A DNA stretch of 64,000 bases from assembly GCA_026416665.1 (NCBI GenBank), contig JAOAET010000041.1:10425-74424 (forward strand), given 5' to 3'. The DNA is from Candidatus Omnitrophota bacterium (GTDB lineage: Bacteria > Omnitrophota > Gorgyraeia > Gygaellales > Profunditerraquicolaceae). Positions 19,808 through 29,400 of this stretch are shown here, one piece after another; position 1 is the first letter of the stretch, and every line of letters begins with the position of its first letter. Below the pieces are notes generated by a model that was given only the letters and a program-made list of their open reading frames with translations, did no database searches and was not told the origin of the DNA. Both the position numbers and the translations under genes were made by a program.

Positions 19808-19835
19808 TTGACAAATCTTCTTAAAGAATTAAACT
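19808..19835 (+). promoter_or_regulatory. Sigma70-type promoter of the cytochrome c3 gene
   Basis: TTGACA-16 bp-TAAACT, followed by SD AAGGAGGTG. Confidence 0.55.
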
Positions 19836-19856
19836 AAAAATAAAGGAGGTGATAAG

Positions 19857-20198
19857 ATGAAAAGATATAGTATTTTAGGCTTTGTTCTAGCATTAGTCAT
19901 AGCTGTAGTCTTGGCGATAAACGGTTATATTGCCGTTCAGGCACAGTCAGCCCCTGAGAAAGTTACTTTAAGTGGTGGTTCTTTTGGAGCAGTTACTTTT
20001 AATCATAGCAAACACGCTGAGACCATTGGATGCAAAGACTGCCATCATCAAGGAGAGTTGGACCAAAAATGCAATTCTTGTCATACTGCTGAGGCATCTG
20101 TGGATTCTAAAACAGCCTTCCATAAGAGCTGTATAGACTGTCACAAGGAGAAAGAACAGGGGCCTACAGGTTGTATGGATTGTCATAAAAAAGAATAG
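19857..20198 (+). CDS. Periplasmic tetraheme cytochrome c3 (class III)
   Basis: Signal peptide; four CxxCH motifs (CKDCH, CNSCH, CIDCH, CMDCH); VTFNHSKH and AFH; 8 His in total. Confidence 0.9.
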   Translation: MKRYSILGFVLALVIAVVLAINGYIAVQAQSAPEKVTLSGGSFGAVTFNHSKHAETIGCKDCHHQGELDQKCNSCHTAEASVDSKTAFHKSCIDCHKEKEQGPTGCMDCHKKE

Positions 20199-20218
20199 CT
20201 TAATGGTTTTTAAAAAAG

Positions 20219-20255
20219 CGGACATTGTTACTTATAGCAATGTCCGACTTTTTTT
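20219..20255 (+). terminator. Rho-independent terminator after cytochrome c3
   Basis: CGGACATTGTTA-CTTA-TAGCAATGTCCG hairpin followed by a T7 tract. Confidence 0.85.
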
Positions 20256-20256
20256 G

Positions 20257-20285
20257 TTGAGGCTGAGAATGTTTTAAGCTATAAT
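20257..20285 (+). promoter_or_regulatory. Sigma70-type promoter, near-leaderless
   Basis: TTGAGG-17 bp-TATAAT; ATG 20294 follows 8 nt later with no SD. Confidence 0.5.
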
Positions 20286-20293
20286 CAAAAAAT

Positions 20294-22303
20294 ATGGAAA
20301 ATACTACTTTACAAACTTATGGTAGTAAGTTTGTTTCTCAGCTTCTAACCACAATTCGGCTTATTTCCATTTATCCTGCCAAACATCCTCTTATTGTTAA
20401 CGCCTTGAAAACACTGATGAGCTACTTGGAATCTTTACTTACTACAGAAGACGTTCTAGAATTGGCTATTTCTCCAGATAACAGGGTTATTCTTAATCAA
20501 TTTGTTATTCAAGAAAAAGGTCAAGGTACAGTTAATGATTTTATTTCTCTATTTAAGAAACTAGAAGTAGAAAGTCTTATTTTTTCGCGGGGTCTAACCG
20601 TAGAAGAAATGGACAACTTTGTTAAATTTTTTATTAGTGATAAAGAAAAACTTAAATCCAAGCAAAACCTAAATACATTTTTCGAGGCACAGGGAATAAA
20701 GCATATCAAAGCCCGGCAGTATGAGTATCTGAAAATAGAAAAAGGTAAAGAGGCGACCCTTTTGGAAGGTAAGCTGAAAGACGTAGAGTTATTGAAGAAA
20801 AAAATAAAAGATTTTAGCCAAAAAAAGATATCAGAACCTGCTGATATACAAACTATTCAGGAAGGCGTTTTTAATCTAGTAAAAGAGGAATTCAAGCAAG
20901 AAGGAAAAATAAACAGTTCTATAAAAATACTTTTAAAAAAATTTATATTACATTCTTCAGACCATAATAATGTTCTAGAAAAATTGCGCCAAGCACTTAT
21001 TGATTTTGGTTGCCCCCCAGAACAAGTAGATAGTTTGATTAGCAGGATAAGGGAGGAAATTTCTCAGCCCCAGCAGTCTCGTGCGCGAATAACTAAAGAG
21101 GATTTGGAACTGTTACAGAGACAGAATAACCAGTTGAAAGAACAGTTAACAACTCTTCGTCAGGAAATAGAAAGACACAGATGGGCGTTAGAAGAACTAA
21201 AAAAAGAAAATAGAAAAATTATTAGTGAAAAACAGCGTATTGATAACATTGTTCATAATATGGCAGAGGGAATGGTGGTAGTTGACGCAGAGGGAAAAAT
21301 TATTTTGGTAAATCCTGCTGCCGAGCAGCTTTTAGGAATTACTAAAGAAGATATTGGTAAGCCCATACGCCAGGTAATTAAAGACGAACATCTATTGACC
21401 TTGACTAAGCAAATTACTGCCGATGCAGAAGGGATAGTAGAGAAAGACATTGAGTTGGTTTCAGCAGATGAATCTACCAAGCGGGTTCTACGAACTAGCT
21501 CTGCAGTAGTTGAAGATAATGAGGGACGAACTGTGGGTATGGTTACGATGCTAAATGATATTACTCGTCAGAAAGAAATTGAGAATCTAAAAAGTCAGTT
21601 TGTAGCAAGCGTTTCCCATGAGTTACGTACACCTTTAGTGGCTATTGAGAAGTCTATTAGTTTAATGTTAAGCAAAGCCGCAGGAGAAATTAACGAAACC
21701 CAGAGTCAATTCCTTAATATAGCAGAACGTAATCTTAAGCGCCTGACCGCGTTGATTAATGACCTTTTAGATTTGTCTAAACTTGAAGCAGGGAAAATGG
21801 TCCTAAAACGAAGACCTGTCTCGCTTGCTTCGCTTATTCAGGATGCCATAGAAAGTATGTTGAATTGGGCCGGGAGTAAATCTATTGCTCTAAAAAAAGA
21901 AATTGCGCAGGATTTGCCACTTATTGAACTTGACCCGGATCGGATTATTCAGGTTTTAAACAATCTTATTGGTAATGCTATTAAATATACTCCATCTGGA
22001 GGTCAGATTACTGTTAAAGCCAGATTTGTCAGTCAAGAGCACTGTGTGGAAGTAGAAGTAGAGGATACAGGTATTGGGATTCCTGAGGAGGATTTAGATA
22101 AGGTATTTGAAAAGTTTTACCAGGCAAAAGGACATGAGCAAACTGAGATTAAAGGCACAGGGATAGGTCTTGCAATAGTTAAAGAGATAGTCACCCTTCA
22201 TGGAGGAAAAGTATGGGTAGAAAGTCAGTTGGGTAAAGGGTCACGTTTCTTTTTTACTATTCCGCAGACAGGGGAGGAAGATAATGACAGACAACCAAAT
22301 TAA
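20294..22303 (+). CDS. Cytoplasmic PAS sensor histidine kinase with large N-terminal domain
   Basis: N-terminal YPAKHP domain, coiled coil, PAS, SHELRTPL, NLIGNAIKY, DTGIGI, GTGIGL. Confidence 0.92.
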   Translation: MENTTLQTYGSKFVSQLLTTIRLISIYPAKHPLIVNALKTLMSYLESLLTTEDVLELAISPDNRVILNQFVIQEKGQGTVNDFISLFKKLEVESLIFSRGLTVEEMDNFVKFFISDKEKLKSKQNLNTFFEAQGIKHIKARQYEYLKIEKGKEATLLEGKLKDVELLKKKIKDFSQKKISEPADIQTIQEGVFNLVKEEFKQEGKINSSIKILLKKFILHSSDHNNVLEKLRQALIDFGCPPEQVDSLISRIREEISQPQQSRARITKEDLELLQRQNNQLKEQLTTLRQEIERHRWALEELKKENRKIISEKQRIDNIVHNMAEGMVVVDAEGKIILVNPAAEQLLGITKEDIGKPIRQVIKDEHLLTLTKQITADAEGIVEKDIELVSADESTKRVLRTSSAVVEDNEGRTVGMVTMLNDITRQKEIENLKSQFVASVSHELRTPLVAIEKSISLMLSKAAGEINETQSQFLNIAERNLKRLTALINDLLDLSKLEAGKMVLKRRPVSLASLIQDAIESMLNWAGSKSIALKKEIAQDLPLIELDPDRIIQVLNNLIGNAIKYTPSGGQITVKARFVSQEHCVEVEVEDTGIGIPEEDLDKVFEKFYQAKGHEQTEIKGTGIGLAIVKEIVTLHGGKVWVESQLGKGSRFFFTIPQTGEEDNDRQPN

Positions 22304-22673
22304 GGTTTTAGTAACCGATGACGAAAAGGATTTTCGGGATCTTTTGGCATTTTGGTTAAAATCTAAAGGGTATGATGTAATCACAGCTAGTAACGGTATT
22401 GAGGCAGTAGAGAAGATTAAACAAGAATCTCCGGATGTTGTCTTTTTAGATTTAAATATGCCGGATAAGTACGGAACTGATACACTTAAAGAAATCAAAT
22501 CCTTTAATAAAGATTTACCCGTAATAATCATTAGCGCCCATGTAGACGACCGTAGAGCAAAGGAGGCAATGGATTTAGGTGTTGCTGGTGTATTTTATAA
22601 GGGCAGTGACTTTCAGCAAGGGCTTACTCTTTTAGAAGCAGCTCTCCATACCCATAAAAAGCTTAAGAAATAG
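22284..22673 (+). CDS. Single-domain response regulator
   Basis: VLVTDDE, FLDLNMP, IISAH; overlaps the kinase stop codon. Confidence 0.9.
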   Translation: MTDNQIKVLVTDDEKDFRDLLAFWLKSKGYDVITASNGIEAVEKIKQESPDVVFLDLNMPDKYGTDTLKEIKSFNKDLPVIIISAHVDDRRAKEAMDLGVAGVFYKGSDFQQGLTLLEAALHTHKKLKK

Positions 22674-22698
22674 TTTTGTTTTTACTAAAAGAATTTAT

Positions 22699-22724
22699 CC
22701 GCAAGGTACCCTTGCGGTTTTTTT
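22699..22724 (+). terminator. Rho-independent terminator
   Basis: CCGCAAGG-TAC-CCTTGCGG followed by T7. Confidence 0.85.
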
Positions 22725-22736
22725 ATAAAAGATTTA

Positions 22737-22766
22737 TTGACAATTTAAAAAATTTTAGGATATAAT
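22737..22766 (+). promoter_or_regulatory. Consensus sigma70 promoter of the secretin operon
   Basis: TTGACA-18 bp-TATAAT. Confidence 0.75.
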
Positions 22767-22831
22767 AGATTTACGATAATTACCATAACTGTTAAAATTT
22801 TATAAAATCTAAATTCTAAGGAAGTGATTGT

Positions 22832-23089
22832 ATGATAAGAATAATTACCAAAAAATCTGGTGTTGACAATAAACTTATTTCAGCAAAACAGATAATGGCA
22901 AAGTATGGGATTACTTACCAGACAATAAATCACTATACTGATTTAGGGTTATTACCCTTAGTAGAAAAAAAAGGAAACGTTCGTTTCTATAATGAAAAAC
23001 AAGTATGTAAACGCTTATCTAAGATAAAGCATCTTGCTCAGGAAGGATATTCTCTTCGGCTTATTCGCAAAAAACTATTAGGCATATGA
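22832..23089 (+). CDS. Small MerR-like HTH protein (copy 1)
   Basis: ISAKQIMAKYGITYQTINHYTDLGLLP...GNVRFY...GYSLRLI winged-HTH pattern; no effector domain. Confidence 0.8.
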   Translation: MIRIITKKSGVDNKLISAKQIMAKYGITYQTINHYTDLGLLPLVEKKGNVRFYNEKQVCKRLSKIKHLAQEGYSLRLIRKKLLGI

Positions 23090-24102
23090 TATCAAAAAGA
23101 ATATTTTTTATTGTTGGGATAACCAGTCTGATTCTCTTTTTAAATAACAGCATGGTAGTTGCTGAAGAAGTTAAAGAACCACCTAGTAATACGCAAAAAA
23201 TGATTGGTGAGTTTTCTGGTTGGAATGTACCTGTGCCTGTTTCTAACTATAATTTTGTTAAGTATGCAATTTACCTGTTTGGAACTCGCTGGGGAGAGCA
23301 GCCGACTACTGAACAAGAATTAGAAGACAGGGTATGGGAACAACTTATTCTTTCCTATGAAGCTTTCAGGCGTAATATAAAAGTTGAGGAAGCTGAGATT
23401 GATGAAGAAATAGATAAGATGTTGAAGTCAGACAAAGTAAATTTTGACTGGCGCAAGGACCAAGATGCCTTTAAAAAGTGGGTAAAAGATAAAGCAAATA
23501 TTGAGATAAATTTGTTCCGTGAGATACTAAGGCACCTGTTGCAGCTAGAAAAACTTCGGAAAGAGGTATTAGATTCTTTCACCGTAAGTGTAACCGAAGA
23601 AGAGGCACTTAATGAATTTATTAATGAATATAATACTATGGAATTAGAATTGGTGCAATTTGACGAACTTAAAGATGCAGAGAAATTTTTTCAGGAGATG
23701 CAGGATCCTAAGAAGTGGCAAGAGCAGGCGGCTAAAGAACCCAAACGTTATCAACACCCCGGTTTTGTTTCTTTTGAGTTTTTAATTAATATGTGGAAAA
23801 TACCTAAAGAGGATCTTTATAAAATGCTAGAGATGGAGGTGGATTCTATTTATCCACCGCGTCCGATTTATCGCGGATGGGGTGTTTTTAGGATATTAAA
23901 AAAACGACCAGCTGATCCTAAAGAATTTCCCCAGGTACGCGATTCGTATTTTAAACAAGTAGAGATGCTTAAAAAATATGATAAGCTAAAAGAGTGGTTA
24001 AATAAATTAAAAGAGGATGCCAAAATAAAAATATACCCTAAGGTAGAAGAAGATAAAAAGTCTAGCAATAAACTTAACCCAAAGAGAATACTTTTCTGCT
24101 AA
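23086..24102 (+). CDS. Exported SurA/PrsA-like chaperone
   Basis: Signal peptide; EQLILSYEAFRRNIKVEEAEIDEEI, GWGVFRIL, and WLNKLKEDAKIKI resemble SurA N- and C-domains. Confidence 0.6.
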   Translation: MISKRIFFIVGITSLILFLNNSMVVAEEVKEPPSNTQKMIGEFSGWNVPVPVSNYNFVKYAIYLFGTRWGEQPTTEQELEDRVWEQLILSYEAFRRNIKVEEAEIDEEIDKMLKSDKVNFDWRKDQDAFKKWVKDKANIEINLFREILRHLLQLEKLRKEVLDSFTVSVTEEEALNEFINEYNTMELELVQFDELKDAEKFFQEMQDPKKWQEQAAKEPKRYQHPGFVSFEFLINMWKIPKEDLYKMLEMEVDSIYPPRPIYRGWGVFRILKKRPADPKEFPQVRDSYFKQVEMLKKYDKLKEWLNKLKEDAKIKIYPKVEEDKKSSNKLNPKRILFC

Positions 24103-24105
24103 AAG

Positions 24106-24642
24106 ATGGCGAATAAAAAACGGGTTATTTTATTGGAAAATATTGTAAGATTCTTTTACGATGAAAGAAATCAATTGGATATCAAAAAAATTAATATTTT
24201 TCTCTTCTGTATCTTGATAGTAGTTATTCTTAATTTTGCGCGTCTGGTTATAACTTCCGCACAAGCAATAAGTAGGATTGATCTTGAAAAAGGCATTTCT
24301 TTGGAACCACCTGCTCTTTTGTCAACCCCAAAAGAAGACAGTAATTTACCAGAACTAAATAATTACTTACCGGCTATAAAACAACGCAATATCTTTAGAA
24401 TGGGAAAGTTTAGTCAACTGAGAGAGGAAACTACTTCTGGTAAGGCTCAGGAGATCAAGGCACAATATCAGCTAGTAGGTATTTCTTGGTCAGATGACCC
24501 TGATGCACTCATTGAAGACACTAAGCTACAGAAGACTTATTTTGTAAAAAAAGGCCAGTTGGTCGGAGATATGAAGGTAGAAGCAATCTATCGTGATAGG
24601 GTGGTATTGCGGTTAGGACAAGACCTTATTGAGTTAAAATGA
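24106..24642 (+). CDS. GspC/PilP-like secretin-associated protein
   Basis: TM, then RNIF and YQLVGISWSDDPDALIED...YFVKKGQLVGDMKVEAIYRDRVVL (HR-domain pattern); directly upstream of a secretin. Confidence 0.72.
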   Translation: MANKKRVILLENIVRFFYDERNQLDIKKINIFLFCILIVVILNFARLVITSAQAISRIDLEKGISLEPPALLSTPKEDSNLPELNNYLPAIKQRNIFRMGKFSQLREETTSGKAQEIKAQYQLVGISWSDDPDALIEDTKLQKTYFVKKGQLVGDMKVEAIYRDRVVLRLGQDLIELK

Positions 24643-26474
24643 GATATTTCTTTGTAAGAGGGTTTAAAATCAAGTTTTGCTTTTTCGTTTTTTGTTTAGT
24701 AGCTTTTTTTTACATACTTGATTTTTTAAAAGTTGAGGCAGAAGAATTGAAGCAACTTGCTCAGGTACCCTCAATTACTCCTTTGATGGTGGGCCCTTCC
24801 TATGAAGAAAACAAAGTAAATATAGGTATGCAGGGAACTATTTCTCTTGACTTACGTAATATAGATATTGTAGATGCATTAAAGTTTCTTGCTACAAAGG
24901 CAAAAATAAATATTATCACCACCAAAAATGTTGCAGGAAGAGTTACATTGTTGGTAGAGAATGCAGTTATTCAAGATGTCTTTGATATAATATTGCGCAG
25001 TAATAATCTTGCTTACGATAAGAAAGGTGACATATATAATGTGATGACCCAAGAAGAATACCGTATCTTATATGGGAAAAACTTCTCAGATGTAAGACAA
25101 GTAAAAGTGTTTTATCTTAAATATGCAATCCCTGAACAGGCTTTTGCTCTTATTGATATGTTAAAAAGTGAAATAGGTCGCGTTTTGGTTGATCCAGAGA
25201 CAGGTAGTATTATGGTGATGGATTCTCCTGAAAGGCTTACTTTGATTGAAGAGGTATTGAAAGATTTTGAAGCAAAAAATACCATTAAGGTTATAAAACT
25301 CAATTATGCAAAGGCAAAAGATATTGAAGAGGCTTTAAAGAATCAACTTGATATCAAAAAGGTAGGATTAATTAAGGCAGACGAGCGTGGTAATCAGATA
25401 ATTGTCCAGACACTGCCGGAACGGATGGAACAGATTGAGGCATTAGTGAAAGCTTTAGACCAAAAGACAAGACAAATCATTATTGAAGTAAGTATAGTAC
25501 AAATCAATTTAAATGATATACTTACACAAGGAATTCAATGGGAAGGCCTGTTTAATCTTTTTTCTAATTCCAAGAAGCTATTGTATCTTGGTTCCTATCC
25601 TTTCAGCTCTGTTCAAGCTTCTAACGACCCTTGGCGGTCAAGATATTCCACCTGGCAGACAGTAGGAAATGTAGGTTCTTATCCTTTTAGTGGCACTACT
25701 TCTAACTACTCAGCCAGCAGACCAGTAATTTCAACTAGCACTATGCATTTAGGTCTAGTAGGCACACAAGACTTTGATATATTGTTGCAATATCTTCAGA
25801 CATTGGGTAGTACTCGTATAATCTCTAATCCTAAGATTGCAGTAACCAACAATCAAGAGGCGAAGATTCATGTAGGACAAAAAGAGGCATATGTAACCAC
25901 AACAACTACTACTGGTCAGACTACTAATACTGTCTCAGAAGAGGTGAATTTTGTTGATGTCGGTGTGATATTGTCCGTAGTTCCCACTATTAATGAAGAG
26001 GGTTTTATTAATTTAAAGGTAAAAGCAGAGGTAAATTCAGTTATTGATACCCTAATTACTCCGACTGAAAATAAAATACCTATTATTGATACTTCCTTAG
26101 CAGAAACCACTGTTCTTGTGAAAGAAGGTGCCACAGTTATTATTGGGGGATTACGTAAAGATACAAAAAATGAGCTGATTAAACAAACTCCCTATTTAAG
26201 TAAAATACCATTATTCGGAAATCTTTTTAAATTTAAGACCAAAGAAACTGTGCACAGCGAGTTAATGATTGTAATGACACCGAAAATTATAAGTGGAGAG
26301 GTATTTGTAGCTACTGCGGAAGGAAAACTTGCTGGACAGTCAGGCTTAAAACCCACAAGAGATTATGAAAGTAAATTGGAGGATTTTAAGCCACAACCTT
26401 CAGCTGATAAGGTATATGTACCAATAGGAAAAGATGAAAGACTACAACTTAGACCATTACGAAAACAAAACTAA
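24639..26474 (+). CDS. Secretin (GspD/PilQ family), copy 1
   Basis: ISLDLRNIDI N0/STN domain, N-domains (LNYAKA, ADERGNQIIV), ISNPKIAVTNNQEAKIHVG, VGVILSVVPTIN, IIGGL, PYLSKIPLFGNLFK, ELMIVMTPKII. Confidence 0.93.
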   Translation: MRYFFVRGFKIKFCFFVFCLVAFFYILDFLKVEAEELKQLAQVPSITPLMVGPSYEENKVNIGMQGTISLDLRNIDIVDALKFLATKAKINIITTKNVAGRVTLLVENAVIQDVFDIILRSNNLAYDKKGDIYNVMTQEEYRILYGKNFSDVRQVKVFYLKYAIPEQAFALIDMLKSEIGRVLVDPETGSIMVMDSPERLTLIEEVLKDFEAKNTIKVIKLNYAKAKDIEEALKNQLDIKKVGLIKADERGNQIIVQTLPERMEQIEALVKALDQKTRQIIIEVSIVQINLNDILTQGIQWEGLFNLFSNSKKLLYLGSYPFSSVQASNDPWRSRYSTWQTVGNVGSYPFSGTTSNYSASRPVISTSTMHLGLVGTQDFDILLQYLQTLGSTRIISNPKIAVTNNQEAKIHVGQKEAYVTTTTTTGQTTNTVSEEVNFVDVGVILSVVPTINEEGFINLKVKAEVNSVIDTLITPTENKIPIIDTSLAETTVLVKEGATVIIGGLRKDTKNELIKQTPYLSKIPLFGNLFKFKTKETVHSELMIVMTPKIISGEVFVATAEGKLAGQSGLKPTRDYESKLEDFKPQPSADKVYVPIGKDERLQLRPLRKQN

Positions 26475-26488
26475 CCAAAGAGCTCTTT

Positions 26489-29400
26489 ATGAGAAAAATA
26501 ATTTTTAACAAAAAAATTGTGGAAGAGGCATTGTTAATATCAATTATTGGGTTAGTTATTGCAGGTTTAAACGAACCAACATTTGCAAAGGAAAGAAGTA
26601 AATCAAAAACAGAAACCCAACTTCGGGAAGTAGACATTCTTAGGAAAGAATTGTTGAAGGCCCAAGAGGCTTTGGCTAATTTAAAATCCTTATATGCTGA
26701 TAAAGAAATTCAAGTGAAGCAGCTTTCTTTAAAATTGACTAAACTTGAAGAGGATTTTAGACAAGCACAGGAAACAGTTATTAGATTAAGAAGAGACAAA
26801 GAGGAATTAAGCCAACTTCAGACAAAACTTTCTTTGCAGCTAAAATCTTTAGAGACAGAAAAAGCAATTTTAAAGAAACAAAATGAGCTTCTTTCAACTT
26901 GTAATGAGGAAAATAAGGCGAAGACAAAAGAATTAACGGTACTGAGGGCAAACTGCGCTAAACAAAATCAAGACTTTTTGAATAAACAACAAGAGCTAGA
27001 GGCTACAATTGCAGCTTATGAAAACAAAAATCAACAGCTTATACAACAAAAGGCAGAATTAGAGTTAAAATATGCTTCTTGTAGTCAAGCCTTAACTGAA
27101 CGTAAAAACTTTGAAATTAGTTGCTTGGCACAGAAAGAGTCACTGCTAAAAGAATTACAAGACGTTAGACGGCAAAGAGATATGTTACAGAAAGATTTGG
27201 CTTCTGCTCAGGCTCAGACTGCAGAGGTATCTAATCTTTACGAGCGCCTAAAGCAACAACAGCAGATGGAAGAAGAACTTGGTCAGTTGCGTCGTAACGT
27301 TGCGCAGTTGCAAAATGAACTGAAAATATCACAAGAGCAAAATAAAAAGCTTTCGGAGATAGCTTCTAAATACAATAAACAAGCAGACTTAGCTGATCAG
27401 CTGTATCAACTACGAAAGCAATTGTCTATTTGTGAGGCGCAACGGATCCAACTAGAAAAACAACAACAGCAGCCCGATGTTCAAATTAGCCGTTTACGTT
27501 CTGAGATTGCACAGCTTGAAAAACAAAAATTGATGTTGGAAGAGACTTGTAATAAAGCTAAAAAGCAGCATGATGAATTAGGACGCAAGCTATCCGAAAT
27601 GAGCAAAAAATTACAGTTACTGCAAAATGAAAATAAGATGCTTAAGGAAAGTGTTTTGGCTTCGGATAAACAGACGTTGCTAAAAGAACTTGAGCTTCTA
27701 CGTAGGGATTTAGAAAAGAGCCAAGAAGAGAAGAAAAAGATAGAAGATTCCGCAAGACAAAATAAGCAAGAAACCCAAAAGGCACAACAACAGCTTGAGG
27801 TATTACGTAATAAACTAACTGCTTTAAAGACCTGTGAAGAAAATATAGAAAAACAAAGACAGCAATTAGCGGATTGTCAAGAACGTGTAAATCAAATAGA
27901 GTTACTTAAAAAGGAATTAGAATCCTTACGCACTAAGAATCAACATTTACAACAGCAAGTTCAGCAATGCACAGCGACTAATCAGCAGGGAAATACTTCC
28001 TTAAATAAAGAATTGGAGAAAGCTAATAAAGAACTGGAATTATTGCGTCATACTAACCAGCAGTTAGAGAAAAAAGCGCAAGAAATTTTTACCTTAAGAC
28101 AGAAAGAATCAGATGAGAAAACAAAGGAAATAGCTCTCCTCAAGAAAGAAATGGAAGATTTACGTAATATAAACAATAAACTCCAGCAAAGAATACAGCA
28201 GGCCGATGAAGAAGTAAAAGAGAAGAAAAAATGTGCTGAAGAGATTAATCTATTAAAAAGAGAACTTAAACAGGTGAATGACAAAAATAGGCAACTAAGT
28301 AAAAAAATAGAAGGGTGCCAAGCAGGAAGTCAACAGCAGCTGGTTGAATGTAACAAGAGAGTTGAATATCTTAACAAAGAATTAGAACAACTACGTAGCG
28401 TAAATAAAAAATTACAACAGAAAAGCGAAGAGGTTCTGACAACTCCAAAAGATTCCGCGCAGGAGAATAAAGAATACATTCAGTTAAAAGAAAAATATAG
28501 GCAATTAGAACAGGAACGCAATCGCCTTCAAGAAGAAATTAAGCAATTACAAAAACAACAGGCAGATTTAGTTACTCAATATGAAGCACGGTTAAAGAAA
28601 GAACCTATGCTTTCTAAGTCTTCCACTGATAGTAGCGAAACCGTCGCAATCCTCAAACAGGAGTTAACTAAAGCGCAGGAATTGTCCTATCAACTGGTTA
28701 AGGAGAAAGCGGATTGCCAGAAACGGTACGAGGAGCTTAGCGAACAGCTAAATAAAGCTTTATTAGTTAAAGAAGCTCAAGAGAAAGAAAAACAGGATAT
28801 AGAGCGGAAAAATAAAGAACTAGAAGAACAATACAAAAACTTATCATTACAGCTTTCGCGGCTAATGATACAGTATGGAGAATTAGGACAACAAAATCAA
28901 CAACTAACCAATGCTAACGCCAATTGCCGTAGTGAAATTGTTTCTGTTCAGAACAAACTACAACAAGCAGAACAATTGGTATCTTCACTTCAGTTAGAAG
29001 TGGAAAGGATGAAAAAAGAAAATAATGACCTCAATGTAAAGTTTTTTAACGAAAAGTTACAACGAGAACAAGATGTTGCTTTGGTGCAGGCGCAATGTAA
29101 CCAGCAGATTGCCTTAAAAGAGGGTGAATATGTTCAGCTTTCGAAAAAATTTGAAGATTTTCGTAATCAAAAACAGGTTCAGGTTACTGCTTTAGAAAAT
29201 GAACTTGCTTCGGTTAAGAAAGAATTAGCCGATGCACAAAATCTTTCCTTTCAGATGGTTCAGGAAAAAGGTTCCCTTTCCGGGCAACTTAAAAAGCTAA
29301 CAGAACAGTTACAAGCCACAGAAAATCAAAATACTCTTTTAATACAGCAAAAGACAGAATTAGAAAAACAAAATGCTTTCTTAAAGGAACAGTATATCTC

